DNA from: Desulfomicrobium sp.
Lineage (GTDB): Bacteria > Desulfobacterota > Desulfovibrionia > Desulfovibrionales > Desulfomicrobiaceae
Direction: 5' to 3'
Assembly: GCA_040768745.1 (NCBI GenBank)
Contig: JAXGMI010000001.1
Coordinates: 96,001-160,000 of the forward strand
DNA: 64,000 nucleotides
Part shown: positions 18,742-27,892 of the stretch, piece after piece
Position numbering within the stretch: position 1 is the first letter of the stretch
Layout of the letters: every line of letters starts with the position of its first letter
The notes under the pieces: generated by a model
The model's input: the letters and a program-made list of their open reading frames with translations, nothing else
Told to the model about the DNA's origin: nothing
The model's database searches: none
Made by a program: the position numbers and the translations under genes

Positions 18742-20903
18742 CACGCATGTATTCCGATACTACCACCCCGACCATGAAGACCGCGCAGTCCCGTAGCGTC
18801 CTGCTGCAGAAGGCCGACGTGCGCGTGGACATCCGCGACTACCTCTCCCGCACGCGCATGGCCTACCATTTCCTGAACGCCGAGGGCACCAACATCGAGG
18901 CCGTCTACACCTTCCCCCTGCCCATCGACGGCGTGCTGACGGACCTCCGCGTGCAGATCGGCGAGCGCGAGCTGCGCGGCGCGGCCGTGGAGAAGAGCCA
19001 GGCCCAGGAAGGCTACGAGCAGGCCGTGAGCGAAGGCGACTCCCCCATCATGCTGGAGCGCCTGGACTCGGGCCTCTATAGCCTGAACGTCGGCAACATT
19101 CTGCCCGGCGAAAAGGCCTCGTTAACCATCGAGTTCCTCGAGGTGCTGTGCCCCAAAGGCGACGAGGTTCGCTACGAGCTGCCGACCACCCTCGCCCCCC
19201 TCTACGGCGACCCGGCCAAGCGCGGCCTGGCCCCGCATCAGCACCCGGCCCACAGCCTGCTGGCCGACAACCGCTTCAGCCTGGAGGTCGATATCCGAGG
19301 CTGCCTGGCCGGCGCGGACATCCGCACCCCGGCCCATGCCACTCGCCTGGAGCGGGACGGCGGCCACGCCCGCCTGACCCTGTCGGAACCTGCCGCATCC
19401 ATGGACCGGGACTTCATCATGACCCTGCGCTCCGAGGCCCTGCCCCAGGCCTTTGCCGTCAGCGCGCCGGACAAGGGGGGCCACGTGGTCCTGGCCGGAT
19501 TCACGCCGCGCTTCGCCGCAGCATCCCCGGCCAGAAGCGTCAAGATCGTGGTGGACTGCTCCGGATCCATGGGCGGTGAATCCATCCTGCAAGCCCGCCA
19601 GGCCCTGCTGCGGGCCCTGGACAGGCTGCGCCCGGAAGATCATTTCAACATCGTGCGCTTCGGGTCCTCCAGCACCATGCTCTTCCGGAAGCAGGAGCCT
19701 GCCGACGAGACGCACATGCAGGCGGCCATGGCCATGGCCCGGACCATGGAGGCGGACATGGGCGGCACGGAGATGGCCCAGGCCTTGGACAAAGCCCTTT
19801 CCTCTGCCTCCCCCGCAGGTATGCCCGAGGACATCCTGCTCATCACCGACGGCCAGGTCTGGGACATGGCCGCCGTGGCGAACAAGCTTGCCAGCCGCAA
19901 GCACCGGACGTTCTGCATCGGCGTGGGTTCGGCCGTGGAGCGCAGTGTCCTCTCCACCCTGTCGTCAAAAACCGGCGGCGAGGCCATTTTCGTCAACGTG
20001 CACGAGGACATGGGCAAAAAGGTCTTCGCGCACTTCAAACGCATGACCCTGACCCCAGCCGGCAAACCCACCTTCGACTTCGCCGGCGCACGGCCCCTGG
20101 CCATGGCCCCGAAGAACTTCCCGCCAGTCTTCGACTGCGACATGGTCCTGACCTGCGCCTGGTTCAAGACCCTGCCCCAAAGCGCGAGCTTCAGCCTGGG
20201 AGCACCCGAAGGCCCCACGACCTGGCACACGCCCATCCATGCGGCTGAAGACTACACTGACACCCTGCCCCGCTTCGCCGCCAGCATGAAGCTCCAGGAC
20301 CTCCCCGACGACGAGGCCACCGCCCTGGCCGTGGAGTACAACCTGGTCAGCTCGTTCACTAACTTCCTGGTCGTGATGGATCGGGCGGATGCGGAAAAAC
20401 CAGAAAACCTGCCGCGACTCCGCACGGTGGAGCACAACGTCCCGCATGGGTGTGGAGGCATGGTAATGCATGACATGCAAATGCCCGCTATGGGCTTTTT
20501 GCATGAGCCTGCGTACATACGCGCGAGCTCCAGCCCGAAAGCAATCCACGAGCAGGCCCCCTGCGCCCCCGATGCAAAGGCATGGGTATCTACGCTTCTC
20601 ACACAGGCAATATTCATGATCAAAACCCATCCGAATATCGACATCACCTTCGACATGCTCGAAGTGTGGGGAGTGCCTGAAGACATCTTGGAGGCATTGC
20701 GCGACATCATGAGCGACGCATCCATTTACGACTCTTCATCCAGGCCTAAGGAAGAGGCAGTAGCCTTCAAACTGATCTTGATAGCAGCCAAGAAAAGCGC
20801 GGCTGTCCGACGTGACGACGTGCGCCTTGTACGAAAGGCTTTGGGCGAAATCGTCCTAGCGAAAGAACTTGAAGCGAAAATCGAGCTACTTGTTACGAGT
20901 TAA
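18738..20903 (+). CDS. VIT and vWA domain-containing protein
   Basis: VIT motif NIEAVYTFPLP; MIDAS DCSGS...GGT...LITDG; GTG start overlaps the MerR stop. Confidence 0.9.
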   Translation: MTRMYSDTTTPTMKTAQSRSVLLQKADVRVDIRDYLSRTRMAYHFLNAEGTNIEAVYTFPLPIDGVLTDLRVQIGERELRGAAVEKSQAQEGYEQAVSEGDSPIMLERLDSGLYSLNVGNILPGEKASLTIEFLEVLCPKGDEVRYELPTTLAPLYGDPAKRGLAPHQHPAHSLLADNRFSLEVDIRGCLAGADIRTPAHATRLERDGGHARLTLSEPAASMDRDFIMTLRSEALPQAFAVSAPDKGGHVVLAGFTPRFAAASPARSVKIVVDCSGSMGGESILQARQALLRALDRLRPEDHFNIVRFGSSSTMLFRKQEPADETHMQAAMAMARTMEADMGGTEMAQALDKALSSASPAGMPEDILLITDGQVWDMAAVANKLASRKHRTFCIGVGSAVERSVLSTLSSKTGGEAIFVNVHEDMGKKVFAHFKRMTLTPAGKPTFDFAGARPLAMAPKNFPPVFDCDMVLTCAWFKTLPQSASFSLGAPEGPTTWHTPIHAAEDYTDTLPRFAASMKLQDLPDDEATALAVEYNLVSSFTNFLVVMDRADAEKPENLPRLRTVEHNVPHGCGGMVMHDMQMPAMGFLHEPAYIRASSSPKAIHEQAPCAPDAKAWVSTLLTQAIFMIKTHPNIDITFDMLEVWGVPEDILEALRDIMSDASIYDSSSRPKEEAVAFKLILIAAKKSAAVRRDDVRLVRKALGEIVLAKELEAKIELLVTS

Positions 20904-20911
20904 CCCATTCT

Positions 20912-20950
20912 AACATTGGCCGCCCTGTGGGGAGCAGGGCGGCCAATGTT
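20912..20950. other. Perfect 16-bp stem-loop downstream of the VIT-vWA gene
   Basis: AACATTGGCCGCCCTG-N7-CAGGGCGGCCAATGTT; no T tail. Confidence 0.7.
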
Positions 20951-21228
20951 GGTACTTCTACCCACGCCATCCAGATGATCGTCCCAACAGCCTGGGACAA
21001 TGTCCAAAATTCAGGTCGTAATGGCTTAAAAAATAATCTACACTCAACAAGCCTCCCCTGCAGGTGTCTGACAAACACCAATCTTCCGTACGAATCAAAC
21101 AACACTGACAACCTTGTTTTACATCCTTAAATTCTTGACACTTTCGCCCTACTGAGGCTTATCAAAATGGCTGCAATAAAATGTGCAGCACATTTCGGGT
21201 GTTCATGAACCAGGAGGACGAGGAGGAA

Positions 21229-21606
21229 ATGGCTCAGGTCTTTGGATCAGCTGGGAAAGGTGCTTTTTCCATGGGCGACACGCGGTATCAGGACTTGCTT
21301 TCGCGCATCGCTCTGCCCATGCTTTCGCTACTGCTGCTGATACCTCTCGGGTATTATCTGCTGACCCGTGGCCATTTTTTCTGGGGTGTCGGGGTCGCTC
21401 TCGTCTATGTCGTCTCCATCAAGTCGCTTGAAGAGGCCGGGCTCAAACTCAAAAAGCGCATCTCCCACGCCGACACGGGGGCCAAATCCGAACAAGCCTT
21501 CGCCGAAGCCCTGCAGGAACTCCCTGACGATTACTACGTCTTCCATGACCTCGAATTCCCCGGTTTCAACATCGACCATGTCGTACTCGGCCCCAACAGC
21601 GCCTGA
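21229..21606 (+). pseudogene. NERD-domain membrane protein, 5' half (copy 1)
   Basis: Two TM helices then GAKSE...YYVFHDL...NIDHVVLGPN; breaks at the insertion junction. Confidence 0.85.
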
Positions 21607-21637
21607 CGCGTTCCAGGGAATTCGAGGGGAATTCGAG

Positions 21638-22562
21638 CCGGTCCACCTCGCCCTCCACTGGTCAGACGTATGGGCTGGTGCTGGTTTGCCGGGTCTGGAA
21701 TCTCCCCAGGTCCACGCATTATGCACGCAAGGTTGCGAATGAGGGCACACCAAGCCGCCGAGGCCCTATTGGCTTCCACAGGATTGATGGGGAGTTGTTC
21801 GGGCACATCGTGGCATGCATCCAGAACTCCCCTTTTACTGGTGAAGGCTATCGGAAAGTGTGGGCCAGGTTGCGTTTTGAGGGCATCAGAACGTCCCCCT
21901 GCGAACGCTTCGGATCATGAGAGAGAACAACCTGCTCGCAGTGCGCAAGCCCGGCAGGCCGCATGGCCCAAGGCGCATGACGGGACGATCAAGACTGCCC
22001 GGGTGGACGAGATGTGGGGCACGGACATGACCACGACGATGACCATGCAGGAAGGCAACGCTTCGATCTTCCTGGCCGTGGACCACTGCTCTCTGGAGTG
22101 TGTCGGCATCCACGCCGCTAAGTACGGGACGCGCTTTGAAGCCCTGAGCCGATTCGCCAAGGTGTGCGCCACAGCTTTGGAGCCTTTGGACCCGCCGTGG
22201 CAGAGGGCCTGACCCTGCGACATGACAATGGTAGCCAGTACGTTTCCAGTGTGTTTCAAGAGGAGGTTTCCTTCCTGGGCATCCGGAGTTCGCCTGCTTT
22301 CGTCAGAGAACCCCAAGGCAACGGCATCGCCGAGAGGTTCGTGCGCACGCTCAAGGAAAACCTGCTCTGGGTCCGGCGGTTCGATACGGTCGAGGAACTC
22401 CGACTTGCCCTCTTGGAGTTCAAGGAGACGTACAACCGGGAATGGATCATTGGACGCCACGGCTACAAGACTCCGGCAGCGGTGCGGGCCATCCAGAAAG
22501 AGGCCGTGAACGTTGCGGCTTGATTAACCAAAAACGTGTCCAAAAAACCGTAGACCGATACA
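21638..22562 (+). mobile_element. IS3-family remnant (frameshifted orfB with intact right end)
   Basis: DDE motifs WGTDMT, HDNGSQY, GNGIAERFVRTLKE; ends ...GACCGATACA; left part missing. Confidence 0.85.
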
Positions 22563-22608
22563 GTGCAGCACATTTCGGGTGTTCATGAACCAGGAGGACG
22601 AGGAGGAA

Positions 22609-22984
22609 ATGGCTCAGGTCTTTGGATCGGCTGGGAAAGGTGCTTTTTCCATGGGCGACACGCGGTATCAGGACTTGCTTTCGCGCATCGCTCTGCCCAT
22701 GCTTTCGCTTTCTGCTGATACCTCTCGGGTATTATCTGCTGACCCGTGGCCATTTTTTCTGGGGTGTCGGGGTCGCTCTCGTCTATGTCGTCTCCATCAA
22801 GTCGCTTGAAGAGGCCGGGCTCAAACTCAAAAAGCGCATCTCCCACGCCGACACGGGGGCCAAATCCGAACAAGCCTTCGCCGAAGCCCTGCAGGAACTC
22901 CCTGACGATTACTACGTCTTCCATGACCTCGAATTCCCCGGTTTCAACATCGACCATGTCGTACTCGGCCCCAACAGCGCCTGA
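22609..22984 (+). pseudogene. NERD-domain membrane protein, 5' half (copy 2, frameshifted)
   Basis: Duplicate of 21229-21606 with an indel near 22710. Confidence 0.8.
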
Positions 22985-23014
22985 CGCGTTCCAGGGAATT
23001 CGAGGGGAATTCGA

Positions 23015-23908
23015 GGGTCAGATCTTGAATCTTGAATTTTTTCGGAGCAATTCCTCACCATGGCCCGACCACTCCGCATAGAATTTCCGGGAGCCATCTA
23101 CCATGACATCCCGGGGCAACGCCCAGGCTCCCATTTTTTCTGGACGACATCGACAGGAACACCTTCTCTCCGTCCTCGGACTGACAATGCGCCGGTTCAA
23201 CGTGATCTTCAGGTATTGCCTGATGACCAACCACTTCCATCTCCTGCTTGAGACTCCAGACGCCAATCTGTCCAAGGCCATGCGCCAGTTCAACAGCGTC
23301 TACACGCAGGCATTCAACCGGCGGCATGCCCGGGTTGGTCACGTGCTGCAAGGGCGGTTCAAATCCATTGTCGTTGACCGGGACGCCTATCTTCTCGAAC
23401 TGTGCCGATATATTGTCCTCAACCCCGTAAGCGCCGGGATGGTCAAGGATGAAAGTATCCATGGTCCAGTTACCGGGCCACGGCAGGGCTGCAAAAGAAA
23501 CCGGATTTTCTGGCTGTGGACTGGATTCTGGAACAGTTCGGCACTGATCGCGTCCAGGCCCGGAAAGATACCGTCTTTTTGTCAAGGCAGGGCTGGATTC
23601 CGAATCGCCAAATTACCTCAAGACAGTGCCTGCTCGGAGACGACCCGTTTCTGGAGAAGCTTTTTCCCTGCTCAAGGACAAAAGCGCTTTCAAGGATCCC
23701 TCGCATTCAGCGTTTTGCCGACCGTCCGGCCTTGGAGGAGATATTACAGGGCACAGAAGGCCGTGCGCAGCGTGACGCAGCCATCCTCAAGGCCTGCCAT
23801 GTGTACGGATAACCCAGGCACACGTTGCTGCCGCGACAGGATTGCACTATTCGACGGTCAGCAAAATCATCAGGAAGATTGAATAATTCAAGATTCAAGA
23901 TCTGACCC
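23015..23908 (+). mobile_element. RAYT-like (Y1 HUH) transposase element with 24-bp inverted repeats; ORF 23060-23886 frameshifted
   Basis: MARPLRIEFPGAIYH/TSRGN, YCLMTNHFHLL (HUH), RYIVLNPV (catalytic Tyr), C-terminal GLHYSTVSKII HTH; IR GGGTCAGATCTTGAATCTTGAATT at 23015-23038 and its complement at 23885-23908. Confidence 0.88.
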
Positions 23909-23931
23909 CAGGATTTTGCCACGGCCCCAAC

Positions 23932-25170
23932 GGCATCTTCTTGGTGGAGACCAAGAGCCAGAAGGGGAACATCACTCAGGAACACGACGTCTTGCTGAGA
24001 AACGGGCGCAAATTCTTCAAGGATTTTTTGAAACAATGCTGGAGCCAAGCCTACTCGCTCCGGGATCACCTGAACGCAGAGAGACTGCACGGGTTGTCGA
24101 TCAAGCCAATCCTTTGCTTCTCGCGAGGAAATGTCGAAATTCGAGGGCCGGTGCGGGGCGTGGCCGTGCTCAATGTCGGCTATCTGCGGCCGTATATTCT
24201 TTCCCAACGCGGGAGTCTTCCGGACCAGACGAGGGATCAGATCATCCCCCTGCTGACCGCAGCGTTGTCCGACCAGGCTGCACAACACAGCCCAATGGTC
24301 CCCCAATCACAGACTGGCGGCATTGTCTGCCCGAAGTGCTTTCATGAACGCACACAAAACGATGATCTGCACTCTAGCGCGGGCGAATGCCCGAAATGCG
24401 GCGTCATCTACGCCCACGTCCAGACGAATTCACCTCACGACAGCACGCCCACCCAGGCAGCAGCCCCCAAGGACTTAACCACGACATTGCAAGCCCTTCT
24501 TTCCGGCCAGGATTCGCAACCCAAAAAACCGATAACCCAACAAATTCAGTGGACTGCGCTGGCGCTCAAATTAGCAGCATGCGCTTTGGCCGCAATCCTC
24601 CTGACCGGCGCGTATAAAACCATGCAGGCCACCGTAAGCAGCATTTTCACGCCTGCGCAAACCACTAAGGCCCCTAAAATACCTATTCCAACCACTAAGG
24701 CCCCTAAAATACCTACCCCAACGAAACCGCATCCAACTCACCCCGTAGCATTTCCTCTGACGCACGCGGTCTCGTCGGACAATTCGGCACAGGCGATCAC
24801 TTTCGTCTTTGAGGAAGATCGAGGACAGAATGTGATACTGCTTTTCTTTGACAACAAGGCCAAGACTCTCGCCTTGCGGGCCTGCGTTCGCGCGAACGAA
24901 AAATTGACCACGACACTTCCACGTGTCGACCTGGGCTACGTCATTGTCACCGGACAGGCCTGGCAGGGCTACGAAGACTTATTCGGCCCAGCATCAGAAT
25001 CGAAGAAAGCCCTTATTACCTTGAGTTCTCAGACGAAAGCGGGCAACGTCACGTCCATTCGAGCGACGTCGAGCATGTTCGTTCAGAAGGGAGTCCAAAG
25101 CCCCCTCCCTGAAACGAAAGCATGGATTAAAGCGGCCTTCGATAATGCTGGCGGATTCATGAAGATGTGA
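23932..25170 (+). pseudogene. NERD-domain protein, 3' part (nuclease ExK motif, zinc ribbon, TM, Pro-rich linker)
   Basis: GIFLVETKS continues NIDHVVLGPN in frame; CPKC...CPKCG. Confidence 0.85.
24661..24720 (+). repeat. Two-copy 30-bp in-frame tandem repeat (TTKAPKIPxP)
   Basis: ACCACTAAGGCCCCTAAAATACCTA present twice, 30 bp apart. Confidence 0.85.
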
Positions 25171-25659
25171 CTCAATCCAAAAAATCAACCTGGCATTTTT
25201 TTTGATTTCATATTTTAAGCGAGACTCATAGAACGGATAAGTAAGGTCAAAAATCATCGTATCTTCCGTGGATTCGTCTGGCCCCAGTGAGAGTTCCAGC
25301 TATGACTCAACCTTTTTGGACTTGGCCTTTGCTTCTCCAGTTGGAGCGAAATCTGAATTTGGCGAATGGCCAAGCGCACCCTAGAGACTCCGGCCTTGAG
25401 GTTATCAGCCCTGGGATGGCTTTAACAGCGCCGAATGAAAACCCTGACTTGGCATAACAGCCATGATTTCCTAGTCACGGTGGTGCGAGGATTCGAAACA
25501 CCGGCATTCCATTCCCAAAGCCGAATGCTCGCTCTGGGGTGGCTTCATGAAAATGGGGTACAAAACAGGGGGTATTTATTTTTATCAAATATAACAATCT
25601 GAAATAAAAGTAGATAGTATAAAGTTCGACCCCTGGTAGGACCAGATTTCGATGCCCCC

Positions 25660-25691
25660 AGGCTCCGGCCACCTCTGGCCGGAGCCTTTTT
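25660..25691 (+). terminator. Rho-independent terminator, probably the original tRNA terminator displaced by the island
   Basis: AGGCTCCGGCC/GGCCGGAGCCT plus a T run just after the distal att copy. Confidence 0.8.
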
Positions 25692-25784
25692 CGTCGTGGC
25701 CTGATTGACATCCCGGAAGCGGGAAACTAGATTCCCCACTTCATTTGCCCCTGACCGTTAAGTACCCCCTGAATGCGGAGTCCC

Positions 25785-26741
25785 ATGCATCCCACAAACC
25801 TGATCGCACGCATCGAATCCACTGCTCCCCTGCATGCGGCTGCATCATGGGACAACAGCGGCGTGCAGATCGCTTCCGCCACCTCTGAGATCACGACCCT
25901 GTGTGTGGCGTTGGATCCCACGCTGGAAACAGCACGCCGAGCCATGGACCAGGGGGCTCAGTTTCTGCTCTGCCACCATCCTTTGGCTCTCAAGCCGCGA
26001 TTGCCTGACAGGGTGGACGATTTTCACCGGATTCTCTCCCTGTGCCTCTCCCATGGGTTGTGGCTGTATGGGGCGCACACGTCCCTGGATGCCAACCCAA
26101 AGGGTCCGGTCAACTGGCTGGGCAGGGCCTTGGACCTGCGGGACATGCGTATCCTCGAGGTGACACGCACGGAAACGCCCGTGCTCATGCGTCTGGAATG
26201 CGCCGAAGACGAGGCCGCGGACGATGATTTTTCCAGGTCCATGACGCGGCGAAATGCGGGTCTGACGGAATATCTCCTCTGGCCAGAAGAAGTGGCCAAT
26301 TTCCGCTCCCAACTGCGGACTCCGGGGGGCTGTCAGGAGATCGCCTTGGCCGCCCCGGTTCGCGATTACGGGTTCGGATGTATCGGTGCATTGCCGCAGG
26401 CCATGAACTGGGCGGACTTCGTGGCCAGCTTGGCTCCTCTCGTTGGTCCGGTACAAAGGATGGTCGGGGCTGCGCCACGCACCGTCACAACCGTGGCATA
26501 CTGCCCCGGCTCTGGAGCCGATCTGGCACAATCGGCTTTTGCCCGCGGAGCGCAGGTCTATCTGACCGGAGACGTGAAATATCACCAGGCCCAGGCTGTG
26601 CAGGACCAGGGCCTGACCATGGATGTCGGACACTTTTGCCTTGAAGAAACCATGATGCGCCTGTGGAGCCAAGAACTGTCCAGGGAGCTGGCCGGAATGG
26701 TAAAGGTGGTTTTCCTTCCTGGCCGCGATCCGTTTGCCTGA
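25785..26741 (+). CDS. Nif3-like dinuclear metal center protein
   Basis: WDNSGVQI, CHHPL, HTSLD, TGDVKYH, DVGHF. Confidence 0.92.
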   Translation: MHPTNLIARIESTAPLHAAASWDNSGVQIASATSEITTLCVALDPTLETARRAMDQGAQFLLCHHPLALKPRLPDRVDDFHRILSLCLSHGLWLYGAHTSLDANPKGPVNWLGRALDLRDMRILEVTRTETPVLMRLECAEDEAADDDFSRSMTRRNAGLTEYLLWPEEVANFRSQLRTPGGCQEIALAAPVRDYGFGCIGALPQAMNWADFVASLAPLVGPVQRMVGAAPRTVTTVAYCPGSGADLAQSAFARGAQVYLTGDVKYHQAQAVQDQGLTMDVGHFCLEETMMRLWSQELSRELAGMVKVVFLPGRDPFA

Positions 26742-26792
26742 TCCCTTCCCGGGTGCGACCCGGGCCAACGTATTTTTGAGGAGGACCCTACA

Positions 26793-27524
26793 TTGAGTCT
26801 TTATATTGAACAGATCGAACAGCTTGTCGTGCTGCAAAAAGTCGACACGGAAATGATCGGACTGGAGCGCATTCTGGAGGATGCACCCAAGCAGCTGCGC
26901 AATCTGCAGGAAAAGCAGGCCTACCTCCTTCAGCAGCAGGAAGTCATCCAGGAGAAAATCGATGTCTTGCTGGAACAGAAAGGGCGTATCGAGTTCGAAA
27001 TCGAAAATGACTCCCAGAAAGTCAAAAAAAGCAAGAACAAGCTCATGCTGGTTGAAAACACCAAAGAATACCATGCCATGATGCGTGAGATGGACAATCT
27101 GGAAAAAATGAACCGGGTCCGCGAGGAAGAGCTCAACAACCTTCTCGCAGACCTGAACGACCTCGAAGGCCGCAAGGAATCACTGCAGAAGGATATCGAC
27201 GCCCTGGGTGAAACGATCTCCGCACAACAGTCCACCCTGGATCAGGAATTGGCCGATAAGCGCGCCCGCCTGGAGATCCTGAACAAGGACAAGAGTCATG
27301 CCTCCGAGGCCGTCCCCGCACCCATCCTGGCGCGTTACAATTTCATCCGCGACCGCATTCCCAATCCGGTCATTGTGCCGGTCAGCGAGGGTGTTTGCAA
27401 GGGATGCAATGTCGTCATCCCACCTCAGACCTTCATCGATCTGCAGAAGGGCGAACAGATCCTGAGCTGCCCCAACTGTCTGCGCATCATCTATTGGGAA
27501 CGCCATTTTTCCGAAAGCGAATGA
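26793..27524 (+). CDS. Coiled-coil plus C4 zinc ribbon protein (DUF164)
   Basis: Long coiled coil; CKGC...CPNCLRI; usual position after Nif3. Confidence 0.9.
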   Translation: MSLYIEQIEQLVVLQKVDTEMIGLERILEDAPKQLRNLQEKQAYLLQQQEVIQEKIDVLLEQKGRIEFEIENDSQKVKKSKNKLMLVENTKEYHAMMREMDNLEKMNRVREEELNNLLADLNDLEGRKESLQKDIDALGETISAQQSTLDQELADKRARLEILNKDKSHASEAVPAPILARYNFIRDRIPNPVIVPVSEGVCKGCNVVIPPQTFIDLQKGEQILSCPNCLRIIYWERHFSESE

Positions 27525-27530
27525 TTTTCA

Positions 27531-27882
27531 CGGAGCCGGACAGGCTGTCGCTGCCGGCCCCACGGCCGGGGGAGGAAAGTCCGGACACCACAGGGCAGGA
27601 TGCTGGATAACGTCCAGCGGGGGCGACCCCGGGATAGTGCCACAGAAACAGACCGCCCCGGGCGACCGGGGCAAGGGTGAAAAGGTGGGGTAAGAGCCCA
27701 CCAGTTGTCGCGGTGACGCGGCAAGCTCGGTAAACCCCATCCGGTGCAAGACCAAATAGGAAGGTGACCGGCCCGGTCACGACCCTTCGGGTAGGTTGCT
27801 GGAGACGGCGGGAAACCGCCGCCCTAGAGGAATGACAGCCGCCCGGCAACGGGCACAGAATCCGGCTTATCGTCCGGCTCCG
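27531..27882 (+). ncRNA. rnpB: RNase P RNA, class A
   Basis: GAGGAAAGTCCGG and CAGAATCCGGCTTA conserved motifs; P1 stem GGAGCCGGAC/GTCCGGCTCC. Confidence 0.95.
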
Positions 27883-27892
27883 TACTTCTATC

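Larger units (their letters stand above)
21183..23015 (+). repeat. ~455-bp direct duplication (21183-21637 and 22563-23015)
   Basis: Near-identical sequence from GTGCAGCACATTTCGGG to GGGAATTCGAG; copy 2 has a small indel and a substitution. Confidence 0.92.
15417..25640. mobile_element. Degenerate tRNA-integrated genomic island (~10.2 kb) with no integrase
   Basis: 17-bp direct repeat GTTCGACCCCTGGTAGG at 15417-15433 and 25624-25640; IS remnants and accessory cargo inside. Confidence 0.88.

Noticed and set aside
20905..20955. attC-like look of the hairpin after VIT-vWA (TCTAAC...GTTGG)
   Set aside because: It is short, has a perfect stem with no extrahelical bases, does not match RYYYAAC/GTTRRRY, and no integron integrase or second site is present.
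24661..24720. CRISPR-like repeat
   Set aside because: Only two adjacent in-frame copies with no spacers; it is a coding linker repeat, and no cas genes are present.
25476..25505. Possible second tRNA fragment (GGATTCGAA)
   Set aside because: Only a T-loop-like 9-mer; no acceptor stem and no match to the tRNAs in the window.
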